Positions 50,430 to 60,586 of a DNA stretch of 64,000 nt are shown here, one piece after another. Numbering within the stretch: the stretch's first letter is position 1; each line of letters opens with the position of its first letter. Under the pieces are notes generated by a model. That model ran no database searches. It was not told where the DNA came from and saw only the letters and a program-made list of their open reading frames with translations. The stretch comes from Clostridia bacterium (GTDB taxonomy: Bacteria; Bacillota; Clostridia; TANB77; CAG-508): assembly GCA_017512025.1 (NCBI GenBank), contig JAFWHH010000008.1:258606-322605 (forward strand), written 5' to 3'. The translations under genes were made by a program, and so were the position numbers.

Positions 50430-51113
50430 ATGTGGTATAGTTATTTTTATGAAATTCAGAAAAAATATAGTTTGCGCGTAAGTACAAAAAATCCTCTTGT
50501 TATAAGATTAGATGGAAAGAATGCTACCAAAACAAGAAAAAATGATTTTATTAATAATTATAGTGGCTCATTCCTTAATTCTATGGAAAACTGTGCAAAA
50601 TATTTCAGTGGGAAATATAATTGTTATGCACTATTTGGATCTGATGAAATAAGCTTTATTTTTCCAACTCCATCTGTTGTTATCGATGATTTGGATAAAG
50701 AGCATTGTAATTTTTCGCAAGAAGTATGCTCACTTTTTTCACAGTATTACTTTGATTATTTTAATTTAAATTATCCTGCGGAAAAAATATTTTGGCATGC
50801 AAAATGTTTTAGTATAAATAAAGATAAAATTAATTCATATTTACGACATAGATCTCGTATCATTTCAAATGTACTAACTACTTTCTTTTTAATAAAAAAT
50901 CAATCATATCATGAAGAAAAAGATACTTTAACAGAGCGTTTGGATAAATGTAAAAAACTAGATAACTACTCAGCTTTAGAAGATGTTTTGGATGGAATCC
51001 TATATTATAATGGTAAACGAATTGATTTAAACTCATTCCTTGATGGAAAGGTCGTAGAAATACAATCACCTGAAACTGATACAAACTTAACAATAGATCT
51101 TTTAGATTTTTAA
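50430..51113 (+). CDS. Thg1-like protein (tRNA-His guanylyltransferase family, 3'-5' nucleotidyl transferase)
   Basis: PLVIRLDGKNATK and ALFGSDEISFIF match the Thg1/TLP metal-binding motifs (R-x-DG-x-x-F and G-x-SDE-x-S). Size of 227 aa fits. Confidence 0.65.
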   Translation: MWYSYFYEIQKKYSLRVSTKNPLVIRLDGKNATKTRKNDFINNYSGSFLNSMENCAKYFSGKYNCYALFGSDEISFIFPTPSVVIDDLDKEHCNFSQEVCSLFSQYYFDYFNLNYPAEKIFWHAKCFSINKDKINSYLRHRSRIISNVLTTFFLIKNQSYHEEKDTLTERLDKCKKLDNYSALEDVLDGILYYNGKRIDLNSFLDGKVVEIQSPETDTNLTIDLLDF

Positions 51114-51160
51114 AAATAAAAAGACAGATTTATAAAACCTGTCTTTTTTTGTACTTAATT

Positions 51161-52156
51161 TTATTCGTTTGACTCAAATGCAAGACCTGCACATAATGAT
51201 GTACCTTTTAAAAATTCTTCAGCTGGCATTCTCTTTGCATTCTCTCCTTGTATTTCTAATACCTTTATATTTGCATCTTTTGCTTTAATGTATAATCCTG
51301 TTTTAGTATCAGAAAATAAAACCGTTCCTTCTGGTAAATCTAAAAATTTATCTTCATATTCTTTTAAATCTGGGAATCTTTCTAACAAATCTTCATTAGA
51401 GCATACCTCAACTTTCCAGAATTTAATCTTCTTTCCTTCATAGAAAGAATATGCACCCATGAATGGATTTAAACCTCTAACTAAGTTTTTAATCTCTGCA
51501 GCTGTTTTATTTTCCCAATCAATCTTAGCCATTTCTTTATCTAGCATTGGTGCCATTGTAAAATCATCACCTTGTTTTTCTCTTGGCGCTGTTCCTTTTT
51601 CAATCTCTTTAACAGTTTCAACTAATAAATCAGCTCCAACTTTAGAAAGTCTATCCCATAGCTCTCCAGTTGTTTCATCATCACCAATCTCAACTTCTTT
51701 TTTAAGAATCATATCTCCAGTGTCCATACCTTGTCCCATGTACATTGTTGTAACACCAGTAATTTTATCTCCGTTAATTACAGACCATTGAATTGGAGCT
51801 GCTCCCCTATACTTAGGAAGTAAAGAGCCATGAACATTAATAGCTCCAAGTCTTGGTATATCTAATATCTCTTGAGGAAGAATTTTTCCATAAGCAACAA
51901 CAACGATTAAGTCTGGATTAATTTCTTTTAATTCATTAATGAACTCTTCGTTATTCTTAACTTTTTCAGGTTGATATATCTTTTCAATTCCTGCTTCAAT
52001 AGCATATTCTTTTACTTCAGACATCATCATCTTCATGCCTCTGCCCTTTGGTCTATCTGGATTTGTAACAACAGCATCAACATTATAACCATTTTCAACA
52101 AGTGCTTTTAATGAGTCTCTAGCAAAATCTGGTGTCCCCATAAATACTATCTTCAA
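51161..52156 (-). CDS. fmt: Methionyl-tRNA formyltransferase
   Basis: MKIVFMGTPDFA and HGSLLPKYRGAAPI motifs. Confidence 0.92.
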   Translation of the reverse strand: MKIVFMGTPDFARDSLKALVENGYNVDAVVTNPDRPKGRGMKMMMSEVKEYAIEAGIEKIYQPEKVKNNEEFINELKEINPDLIVVVAYGKILPQEILDIPRLGAINVHGSLLPKYRGAAPIQWSVINGDKITGVTTMYMGQGMDTGDMILKKEVEIGDDETTGELWDRLSKVGADLLVETVKEIEKGTAPREKQGDDFTMAPMLDKEMAKIDWENKTAAEIKNLVRGLNPFMGAYSFYEGKKIKFWKVEVCSNEDLLERFPDLKEYEDKFLDLPEGTVLFSDTKTGLYIKAKDANIKVLEIQGENAKRMPAEEFLKGTSLCAGLAFESNE

Positions 52157-52195
52157 ATCAAACTCCTCCTTTTATTTTTTTTATCTTTTATTTTC

Positions 52196-52669
52196 TTATT
52201 TTTTTGGAACTATTTCCATTGTCCCTGGTATAATCTTATCCACAAATAATACACCATTTAAGTGATCTACTTCATGTGAAATAGCTTGTGCAAGTAATCC
52301 CTTTCCTTTTAGTGTAAATTCTTTTCCATCTAATCCAATAGCTTTAACAGTAACTTCTTCAGGTCTTATTATCTTAGCAAATTTATTTGGAAAACTTAAG
52401 CAACCTTCATCAACTTCTTGCTCACCTTTTTCTTTGATTATCTCTGGATTGATTAAAACATATGGTCCTTTGTCATCATATAAATCTATAACAACAACTC
52501 TTTTTAGTATTCCAACTTGAGGTGCTGCAAGTCCAACACCATCTTGGTCATGCATAGTATCAATCATATCTTCAACAAGCTCTTTAATCTTATCGTCTAT
52601 AACCTCAACTGGTCTACACATTTTTCTTAGGATTTCATCATCTTCTAATCTTACTTTCCTGATTGCCAT
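52196..52669 (-). CDS. def: Peptide deformylase
   Basis: [15 protein letters not shown] and HEVDHLNG motifs. Confidence 0.95.
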   Translation of the reverse strand: MAIRKVRLEDDEILRKMCRPVEVIDDKIKELVEDMIDTMHDQDGVGLAAPQVGILKRVVVIDLYDDKGPYVLINPEIIKEKGEQEVDEGCLSFPNKFAKIIRPEEVTVKAIGLDGKEFTLKGKGLLAQAISHEVDHLNGVLFVDKIIPGTMEIVPKK

Positions 52670-52703
52670 TTTTATCCCCCTTTAATTTTACTTCATTTTA
52701 TTT

Positions 52704-54950
52704 CTACATCATATTACTTGGATTTACATCTATAATTGTTTTAACGTCTCTTATATTTTTGCTTTCTAAATCCTTTAAACATTCATAAATAGCATCATTA
52801 ATTTTGTCATCAAACTTACACTTTACTATAAGCCTCCATCTATATTTGTTTTTGATTCTGTCTATTGGTGCTGGTACTGGCTTATAAAGTATTATTGGTA
52901 GTTTTTCACTAATTATTTTATCTTTTAAACACATATACATTTGTTTAGCAGATTCAATAACATTTTTTTCGTTCTCTGAACTAAATCCGATAAGGATTAT
53001 ATCACAAAAAGGCGGATATTTCAATGCTTTTCGAATTTTAATCTCTGTATCATAAAACCTCTTATAGTCTTGCTGCTTTGAAAATTCAATAGCTAAGTTA
53101 TCTGGGTTATATGTTTGTATAAATACATTGCCTTTTTCCTTCTCACGTCCAGCTCTTCCAGCTACTTGTGTTAGTATCTGGAATGTTCTTTCATGAGCTC
53201 TATAGTCATCTATATTTAAGCTACCGTCTGCAAATATAACACCAACAAGTGTTACATTTGGAAAGTGATGTCCCTTAACTACCATTTGTGTTCCAATTAA
53301 AATATCAATATTTTCATCTTTAAATCTATTAATAATATCTTCATGCGAATTCTTTTTAGTTACAGTATCAACGTCCATTCTAATTGTAGATGCTTCTGGA
53401 AACATTTTATTAACTTCTTCTTCTAGCTTTTGTGTACCGCTTCCAGAATATTTAATACTACCACTATCACACTCTGGACAACTCTTAAATGGAATTTCCT
53501 CATAACCGCAATAGTGACAACGTAATCTATTTTCTTTGCTATGGTATGTTAAAGCAATGTTACAGTGCTTACACTTAGCAACGTATCCACAATTTCTACA
53601 CATTACAAATGTAGAATACCCTCTTCTATTTAAGAAAAGAATTGTTTGTTTTTTATCTTTTAAGTTTTGTTTTATATACTCAAAAAGTCTCATACTAATT
53701 GAACTTCTATTTCCATTAGCAAGCTCTCTTCTCATATCAACAATATTAATATCTGGAAGACTTGCTTCATTTGCTCTTTTAGTTAGCTCTAAAAGTTCAA
53801 TATCACCATTTTGAGCTTTATAATATGTATCCATATCTGGAGTTGCGCTTCCAAATACAATTGGAACACTATATTCTTTAGCTAAATATCTAGCAACATC
53901 CTTTACATTATATCTTGGAGTCGTTTCAGATTTATATGAGCTATCATGTTCCTCATCAATAATGATTATTCCTAAATCATTAATTGGTGCAAACATAGCA
54001 GATCTTGCTCCAATTACAATCTTAGCCTCTCCATTTTTAATCTTATACCATTGATCATATCTTTCGCCAACAGATAATTTACTATGAAGAACTGCTATCT
54101 TTTCTTGTCCAAATCTTGCAATAAATCTATCTACTGTTTGAGGTGTTAAAGATATTTCTGGAACAAGCATTACACTTGTTTTCCCCATCTCTAATACCTT
54201 TTCAATAAGTTGTAGGTACACCTCTGTCTTACCAGATCCAGTTACTCCAAATAATAAAAACTCTGAGTTCATCATATCATCTAAAGCATTTTCAACTGCT
54301 GTAAATGCACTTTGTTGTTCATCTGTTAATTTTAAATTATTTGTTGATGCAACTACTTTATGAAGAAATGGATTTCTTTCAACTGCATTTTCATAAAATT
54401 CTATATAACCATTTTTCTCTAGCGTTTTTAATACTGCAGATGACACATCTGCTATCTCCTCAAATTCTTTAGATGGTATTTCACTAATTTTATCAAGCAT
54501 TCTAAGTGCTCTAATATGTTTATCTGATTTTATCTTTTTACTTTCAATATCAAATTCTATTTCATCAATAGACTTAGCTAGTCTTATAAATCTAGCGGTC
54601 TTTTCTTTAGCTCTATTCTCTAAATTATTAGTACCCGTTCCTGGTGGGAGCATTAGTTTAATACATTCAGAAACATTACAAAAATATCTTTTAGACATCC
54701 ATTTAGCTAAGTTAACTTTCGCTTCATCAATAAAATCTTTTTCTTCAACTTTTGAAATATCTTTAACTTCAAAATCAGATTTATCTTTTATATTAACAAC
54801 AAAGCCTTCTTTAAGCTCTTTAATATTTCCAAACTTAACTAAAACTCTACTACCAATATGAATCTTATCTTCCATATCGAATGGAATACTATAGTCAAAT
54901 GTCTTATCCAGATTTCTAACAGAGCTATTCATAATGATTTCTGCTATCAT
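52704..54950 (-). CDS. priA: Primosomal replication restart helicase PriA
   Basis: Start set at MIAEIIMNS (RBS AAGGAGGTG). GVTGSGKTEVY and DEEHD motifs and Cys4 zinc motifs. Confidence 0.92.
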   Translation of the reverse strand: MIAEIIMNSSVRNLDKTFDYSIPFDMEDKIHIGSRVLVKFGNIKELKEGFVVNIKDKSDFEVKDISKVEEKDFIDEAKVNLAKWMSKRYFCNVSECIKLMLPPGTGTNNLENRAKEKTARFIRLAKSIDEIEFDIESKKIKSDKHIRALRMLDKISEIPSKEFEEIADVSSAVLKTLEKNGYIEFYENAVERNPFLHKVVASTNNLKLTDEQQSAFTAVENALDDMMNSEFLLFGVTGSGKTEVYLQLIEKVLEMGKTSVMLVPEISLTPQTVDRFIARFGQEKIAVLHSKLSVGERYDQWYKIKNGEAKIVIGARSAMFAPINDLGIIIIDEEHDSSYKSETTPRYNVKDVARYLAKEYSVPIVFGSATPDMDTYYKAQNGDIELLELTKRANEASLPDINIVDMRRELANGNRSSISMRLFEYIKQNLKDKKQTILFLNRRGYSTFVMCRNCGYVAKCKHCNIALTYHSKENRLRCHYCGYEEIPFKSCPECDSGSIKYSGSGTQKLEEEVNKMFPEASTIRMDVDTVTKKNSHEDIINRFKDENIDILIGTQMVVKGHHFPNVTLVGVIFADGSLNIDDYRAHERTFQILTQVAGRAGREKEKGNVFIQTYNPDNLAIEFSKQQDYKRFYDTEIKIRKALKYPPFCDIILIGFSSENEKNVIESAKQMYMCLKDKIISEKLPIILYKPVPAPIDRIKNKYRWRLIVKCKFDDKINDAIYECLKDLESKNIRDVKTIIDVNPSNMM

Positions 54951-55049
54951 GCTCTCACCTCCTTTAGTCCATGTAATAGTATCAAAATTAAGGTAGTTGG
55001 TCAATATTTAAATAACTAAAAAGACACCGGGTAACCGATGTCTTTTATC

Positions 55050-56801
55050 TTACATTTCATATTTATCTTGTTTCTTATAGTGTGTGTGTAAATATTCATG
55101 AGCTTTTTCTCCACATGGCTCTCCAAAGAATTCTTGATAGATTCCTTGAACAACCGGATTTTGATGTGATTTTCTAATTGTAGATTTTTCATCTATTGAA
55201 TAAATAGCATCTGCTCTTAATTTTCTTACATCTAATTTACTTCTTATCTTAGATGATTTAATTGGTTGTCCTCCACCATTTATACATCCACCTGGACAAG
55301 CCATTATTTCTACGAAATCATAATCTGCTTCTCCATTTTTTATCTCATTCATAATCTTTCTTGCATTCTTTAATCCAGAGGCAACAACAACTCTAATATC
55401 TTTTCCAGCTATTGTAACTGTTGCTCTCTTAATTCCTTCTTGACCACGAACTGCTTCGTAATTAACTTCACCAATATCTTTTCCTTCAAGAACATCAGCT
55501 GCAGTTCTTAAAGCTGCTTCCATAACACCACCTGTTGCTCCAAATATTGCAGCAGCACCAGAAGCTTCTCCCATTGGATCATCAAAGTTTGTATCTTCAA
55601 TCATTTCAAAATCAATATTAGCTTGTTTAATCATTCTAGCTAATTCTCTTGTTGTAAGAACTGCGTCAACATTTCTTAAACCATCATTTTCCATTTCTGG
55701 TCTAACTGCTTCATATTTTTTAGCAGTACATGGCATTACAGATACAACATATATCTTAGCTGGATCTATATTAAACTTATTTGCATAATATGATTTTAAA
55801 ATTGCACCAAACATTTCATGTGGTGATTTACAACTTGATAAATGATCTAATTGATCTGGGAAGTTTTTCTCAGCAAATCTTATCCAAGCTGGGCAACATG
55901 ATGTCATCATTGGCATAACTCCACCATTTTTAATTCTCTCTAGAAATTCATTTGCTTCTTCCATAATTGTAAAGTCTGCACCAGTATTTGTATCAAATAC
56001 TTTATCAAATCCAATAGCTCTTAATGCTGTTGGCATCTTATGCTCAACTGATGTACCAATTGGCATACCAAATTCTTCACCAAGTGCTACTCTAACGGCT
56101 GGTGCTGTTTGTACTATTGTTATTGTTTCATCGTCTCTTATCTTAGCCCAAACTTCATCTGTGCTATCTTTTTCACGAAGAGCTCCAACTGGACAAGCTT
56201 CAATACACTGTCCACAGAATGTACAATCTACATCATTTAAACTTGCTCCACTTGCTGTTGATACGCATGAATCAAATCCTCTATTCATTGAATCAATTGC
56301 ACCAATTTCTTGTACTTTCTTACATGCTCCAACGCATCTTCTACAAAGTACACATTTATTTAAGTCTTTTACTATTGAAGGAGATTTATCATCTATTTCG
56401 TAATCAATTTTTTCTCCCTCAAACATTACTTCTTTCATGTTAAATTTCTTAGCTAAGTCTTGTAATTCACAATTACCATCTCTAACACATGTTAGACATT
56501 CCATATGGTGATTTGAAATTATTAAGTCAAGTATTGTTCTTCTTGCTTCTATAATATCTGGTGTATTTGTACGAACTATCATACCTTCTTCAACTTTTGT
56601 GATACATGAAGTTGTATAACCTCTACGGCCTTCAACCTCAACGATACACATTCTACAGTCACCAATTTCATTTATCTCTTTTAAATAACATAGTGTTGGA
56701 ATATCAATTCCATTTTGTCTTGCTGCTTCTAATATAGTTATTCCTGCTGGTACACTAATTACTTTGTTATCTATCGTTAGGCTTACTAAATTATCTTCCA
56801 T
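55050..56801 (-). CDS. hydA: [FeFe] hydrogenase catalytic subunit (HydA/HndD type)
   Basis: N-terminal 2Fe-2S and 4Fe-4S ferredoxin domains. H-cluster motifs TSCCPAW, MPCTAKK and ACPGGCINGGGQP. Confidence 0.9.
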   Translation of the reverse strand: MEDNLVSLTIDNKVISVPAGITILEAARQNGIDIPTLCYLKEINEIGDCRMCIVEVEGRRGYTTSCITKVEEGMIVRTNTPDIIEARRTILDLIISNHHMECLTCVRDGNCELQDLAKKFNMKEVMFEGEKIDYEIDDKSPSIVKDLNKCVLCRRCVGACKKVQEIGAIDSMNRGFDSCVSTASGASLNDVDCTFCGQCIEACPVGALREKDSTDEVWAKIRDDETITIVQTAPAVRVALGEEFGMPIGTSVEHKMPTALRAIGFDKVFDTNTGADFTIMEEANEFLERIKNGGVMPMMTSCCPAWIRFAEKNFPDQLDHLSSCKSPHEMFGAILKSYYANKFNIDPAKIYVVSVMPCTAKKYEAVRPEMENDGLRNVDAVLTTRELARMIKQANIDFEMIEDTNFDDPMGEASGAAAIFGATGGVMEAALRTAADVLEGKDIGEVNYEAVRGQEGIKRATVTIAGKDIRVVVASGLKNARKIMNEIKNGEADYDFVEIMACPGGCINGGGQPIKSSKIRSKLDVRKLRADAIYSIDEKSTIRKSHQNPVVQGIYQEFFGEPCGEKAHEYLHTHYKKQDKYEM

Positions 56802-56804
56802 TAT

Positions 56805-57668
56805 TTACCTCTCTTCCCCAGAATCTATATCTGAATTATCAAAAAGATGTTTATTTTTATCTAAATCTCTTACTATTTCATGTCTTGATGTTAAGTATGT
56901 CTTTGAGTCAAGTAATTTTATTAAACCTCCAAAATCTCTTTTGTCAGCTATTATTTCATCAGAGCTTATAATTGAGCATATTTCTTTCTCATCAATGTGA
57001 AGTAGTCTATAATAACTTTCTTTGTCAATCATAGTATTCTTAGTAAAGTCTAAAGCATAATCTTTTCCATTTACTTTAAGCTCCATCCAGCTATGTAGAT
57101 ACTTGTTATCTGGAACATAGTATTTAGCATAACCAGTAACAATACTATTTGGAGTATTAAAATCATATTGGAATAACTCAGTTGCTGTCATTGAAAAATC
57201 ATGACAATTACTTTGTCTATTTCTAACACTATCTATACTTTTACAAAATGTTTCTAGTACTCTACCTTGAGGCGCTTCTATATCTGCTTTTCCACTACTT
57301 CTTATCATTTCACTGATAGAGGCACACTCTATACTTCCATCATCTGTTTCAATTTGTATAAATTGACCACTTTGATTTATTCCCTTTACAAAAGGAAAAG
57401 TACTAATTAATCCAAGAATATCATCTTTTAAATCAGCATTTTCTTTTGAATAAATAAGACTAATCAAATCCATTAGATATGAATCATCGTAGAATTCTTC
57501 TCCATTTCCAACGTATTCCTTTAAATCTCTTTTTACGGCTGCTTCTTCATTATCGTTTACTCCAATAATTTCTCGAATTCTATTTTGTATTTGCATTGCT
57601 CTTTCTTCTGGTTTAATAAATAACCAATAGTAGTTTGGATTAGTATTTCTTTCTAAATCATCACTCAT
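56805..57668 (-). CDS. Transglutaminase-like/papain-like Cys-His-Asp fold protein embedded in the hydrogenase operon
   Basis: RQSNCHDFSMTATELF...NKYLHSWMELKVNGKDYALDFT matches the C...H.W.E...D spacing of the transglutaminase core. There are 3-nt and 12-nt gaps to the flanking hyd genes. Composition is host-like and AT-rich. Confidence 0.5.
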   Translation of the reverse strand: MSDDLERNTNPNYYWLFIKPEERAMQIQNRIREIIGVNDNEEAAVKRDLKEYVGNGEEFYDDSYLMDLISLIYSKENADLKDDILGLISTFPFVKGINQSGQFIQIETDDGSIECASISEMIRSSGKADIEAPQGRVLETFCKSIDSVRNRQSNCHDFSMTATELFQYDFNTPNSIVTGYAKYYVPDNKYLHSWMELKVNGKDYALDFTKNTMIDKESYYRLLHIDEKEICSIISSDEIIADKRDFGGLIKLLDSKTYLTSRHEIVRDLDKNKHLFDNSDIDSGEER

Positions 57669-57680
57669 TTATTTCACCTA

Positions 57681-59540
57681 CTATCCGATTGCCTTGAAAG
57701 GACATTTTGACATACATGTTCTACATTTTATACACTTGTCTTGATCAATTGTATGAACTTCTTTGATTTCACCAGATATTGCATTAACTGGACATACCTT
57801 TTTACATAGGTCACATCCTTTACACTTCTCTGGATCAATTGTAATTTTAGCCATCGCTTTACATTCTTTAGCTTCACAATTGTATTCAATAACATGTGCT
57901 TTATATTCATCTTTAAAATATTTCAATGTACTTAATACTGGGTTTGGAGCTGTTTGTCCAAGTCCACATACTGCAGATTTTTTAACATCATTTGCAAGTT
58001 TCTCTAGTTTATCTAAATCTTCTGGAACACCTTTACCATCACATATTTTTTGTAATATTTCTAGTAATCTCTTTGTTCCAATTCTACATGGTGTACACTT
58101 ACCGCAGCTTTCACTTACAGTAAAATCTAAATAGAATCTTGCAATATTAACCATACATTTTGTATCGTCCATTACAATAAGTCCACCTGATCCCATCATA
58201 GATCCAATTGCTTGTAAACTTTCATAATCTATCTTTGTATCTAAGTGCTCTTTTGGAATACATCCTCCAGAAGGTCCACCTGTTTGAGCAGCTTTGAATT
58301 CTCTATTATTTGGAATTCCTCCACCAATATCATAAATAATTTCTCTTAAAGTTGTTCCCATTGGAACTTCAACAAGACCTACGTTATTAACGTTTCCACC
58401 TAAAGCAAAAACTTTAGTTCCTTTAGATGTTTCAGTACCGATTGATGCATACCATTCAGCACCATTTAATATAATTCTTGTAATATTTGCATATGTTTCA
58501 ACATTGTTAATTAATGTTGGTTTCTTAAATAATCCTTCGTTTGCTGGGAATGGTGGTTTTGTTCTTGGTTGTCCACGTTTTCCTTCTACAGATTCTAGAA
58601 GCGCTGTTTCTTCACCGCATACGAATGCTCCAGCTCCAAGACGTATTTCTATATCAAAATTAAATCCTGTTCCAAATATGTTCTCTCCTAAGATACCATA
58701 TTCTCTTTCTTGCTCAATTGCTATTTTTAATCTTTGAACAGCAATTGGATATTCAGCTCTTACATAGATATATCCTCTATTTGCTCCAACAGCATAAGCA
58801 GCTATTGCCATAGCCTCTAATAATGCATGTGGATCTCCTTCAAGAATACTTCTATCCATAAATGCTCCAGGATCACCTTCGTCTGCATTACATACTACAT
58901 ACTTTTGGTCACCTTGAGCCATTTTAACGAATCCCCATTTTTTACCAGTTGGGAATCCAGCTCCTCCTCTACCACGTAATCCAGAGTTACTTACAACTTC
59001 GATTACTTCGTCTTGTGACATTGATGTTAATACTTTTTCTAAAGCTTTAAATCCATCAAATGCAATATATTCATCAATATTTTCTGGATCAATCACACCA
59101 CAATTTTTAAGTGCAATTCTCATTTGCTTTTTATAGAATGGAAGTTCATCTAACTTCTTTACAACTTCGCCTGTAACATCTTTGCAAAGTAATCTTTCAA
59201 CGATTTGTCCACCAATAATGTGAGTATTTACTATCTCCTCAACATCATCTGGTGTTACCATTGAATAGAATGTATCTTCTGGTCTAATAATTACGATTGG
59301 ACCTTTTGAACAAAGACCAAAACATCCAGTCTTAACTACTCTAACATTATCTATATTTTTCTCTTTAAGAGTTTCTATAAATTTTTCCATTATTACTGGA
59401 GACTTAGATGATGTACATCCAGTACCATGACAAATTAATATATGTTTTTCTCTAGTATCAGCAGCTGTGTTAACTCTTAAATCAAGTTCAGCTCTTTTAC
59501 TATTTCTTATTTCTTCTATCTCTTCAATAGTTTTTGCCAT
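57681..59540 (-). CDS. hydB: NADH-binding NuoF-like hydrogenase subunit (HydB/HndC type)
   Basis: GRGGAGFPTGKKW (FMN/NADH site), ESCGKCTPCR (N3 cluster) and C-terminal 2x[4Fe-4S] CxxCxxCxxxCP. Confidence 0.9.
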   Translation of the reverse strand: MAKTIEEIEEIRNSKRAELDLRVNTAADTREKHILICHGTGCTSSKSPVIMEKFIETLKEKNIDNVRVVKTGCFGLCSKGPIVIIRPEDTFYSMVTPDDVEEIVNTHIIGGQIVERLLCKDVTGEVVKKLDELPFYKKQMRIALKNCGVIDPENIDEYIAFDGFKALEKVLTSMSQDEVIEVVSNSGLRGRGGAGFPTGKKWGFVKMAQGDQKYVVCNADEGDPGAFMDRSILEGDPHALLEAMAIAAYAVGANRGYIYVRAEYPIAVQRLKIAIEQEREYGILGENIFGTGFNFDIEIRLGAGAFVCGEETALLESVEGKRGQPRTKPPFPANEGLFKKPTLINNVETYANITRIILNGAEWYASIGTETSKGTKVFALGGNVNNVGLVEVPMGTTLREIIYDIGGGIPNNREFKAAQTGGPSGGCIPKEHLDTKIDYESLQAIGSMMGSGGLIVMDDTKCMVNIARFYLDFTVSESCGKCTPCRIGTKRLLEILQKICDGKGVPEDLDKLEKLANDVKKSAVCGLGQTAPNPVLSTLKYFKDEYKAHVIEYNCEAKECKAMAKITIDPEKCKGCDLCKKVCPVNAISGEIKEVHTIDQDKCIKCRTCMSKCPFKAIG

Positions 59541-59557
59541 ATTATCCTCCTTACAGT

Positions 59558-60058
59558 TTATTCTTTATTATTCATTAATCCATCTAAAACTTCGTCCAAT
59601 TTTTTAACTGTAGCTTTTCCATATACTTCGTTGTTAATTGTAAAAACTGGAGCTAGTCCACATGCACCAACACATCTTGTTGTATCTAAAGAAAACATTC
59701 CATCTTCTGTAGTCTTTCCTTCTTCAATTCCAAGTCTTTGTTTAGCTCTTTCTAAAAGCTCTTTAGAACCTTTAACAAAACAAGCTGTTCCTAAACAAAT
59801 TGATACATTATATTTTCCCTTTGGTTCTAACGAAAATCTAGAATAAAATGTAATTACTCCATATACTTCTGCAAGTGGAATTCCTAGATAATCTGCAATT
59901 TCCAATTGAGCAACTTTAGGAATATATCCATACTTTTCTTGTACCTCATTTAAAATTGTAATAAGGTGTTGTTTGTCCTTATCAAATTGCTCAAGTATTT
60001 GGCAGACTTCTGTTTTTATTTTTTCATCTGCACAATTTAACTTTTCGTTCTTTTCCAT
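59558..60058 (-). CDS. hydC: NuoE-like [2Fe-2S] hydrogenase subunit (HydC/HndA type)
   Basis: CLGTACFVKG...CVGACGLAP thioredoxin-like ferredoxin motif. Confidence 0.85.
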   Translation of the reverse strand: MEKNEKLNCADEKIKTEVCQILEQFDKDKQHLITILNEVQEKYGYIPKVAQLEIADYLGIPLAEVYGVITFYSRFSLEPKGKYNVSICLGTACFVKGSKELLERAKQRLGIEEGKTTEDGMFSLDTTRCVGACGLAPVFTINNEVYGKATVKKLDEVLDGLMNNKE

Positions 60059-60216
60059 ACAAAACCTCCTTTTCTGTTTTAATTTCTCTTATTAATAAAC
60101 AGAAAAATCTAGTGTGATTATATCTAAATAATTAATGATTTACAACACTATATATTTAAAAATTTTTTGCATAGAAAAAGAGCCAGATAGTAAAACTATC
60201 TGACTCCTCACGTATT

Positions 60217-60528
60217 TCACCAAAAAAGATATATTTTATAATCTTGCAAGCCTAATTTCTCAAGCTTCTTTTGTACATCTTTTTTCGTGTAATACTGACC
60301 TGCCGCAATTGCACACAAAGGCTCGTTTCCGCACCCAACTTGAATGGCTTTTTTCTTCATGATTAAAAAATCTTTTGCTGATCCACAACCATACCAAGTC
60401 CAGTCCTCATTTGGGAATTTCTTTTTATACTCCCAAATTATATCGCGTGCTTTTCCCTCGTGGCCATTTCCCTCATTGGCGAAAAATTTTCCGTCCCAGA
60501 TAAATCCTCTGGGCATCTGCTTGCTCAT
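60217..60528 (-). CDS. Island J: hypothetical 103-aa protein
   Basis: ORF with RBS GAAGGAAG. GC-richer than the flanks. Terminator hairpin GAGTCAGATAGT/ACTATCTGGCTC plus T-run at about 60180-60213. No family recognised. Confidence 0.5.
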   Translation of the reverse strand: MSKQMPRGFIWDGKFFANEGNGHEGKARDIIWEYKKKFPNEDWTWYGCGSAKDFLIMKKKAIQVGCGNEPLCAIAAGQYYTKKDVQKKLEKLGLQDYKIYLFW

Positions 60529-60547
60529 ACTAAATCACTTCCTTCGT

Positions 60548-60586
60548 CTAGTTGTTAGTCGAATACATAGTGTTTGCATAAACCAT
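60548..60586 (-). CDS. Candidate 12-codon upstream ORF/leader peptide (MVYANTMYSTNN) in island J leader
   Basis: The strong SD GGGAGG lies 8 nt upstream of the ATG at complement 60584-60586. The stop is 19 nt before the main ATG. Promoter TTGCAT-17-TATAAT lies at 60649-60621 (minus). Confidence 0.3.
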   Translation of the reverse strand: MVYANTMYSTNN

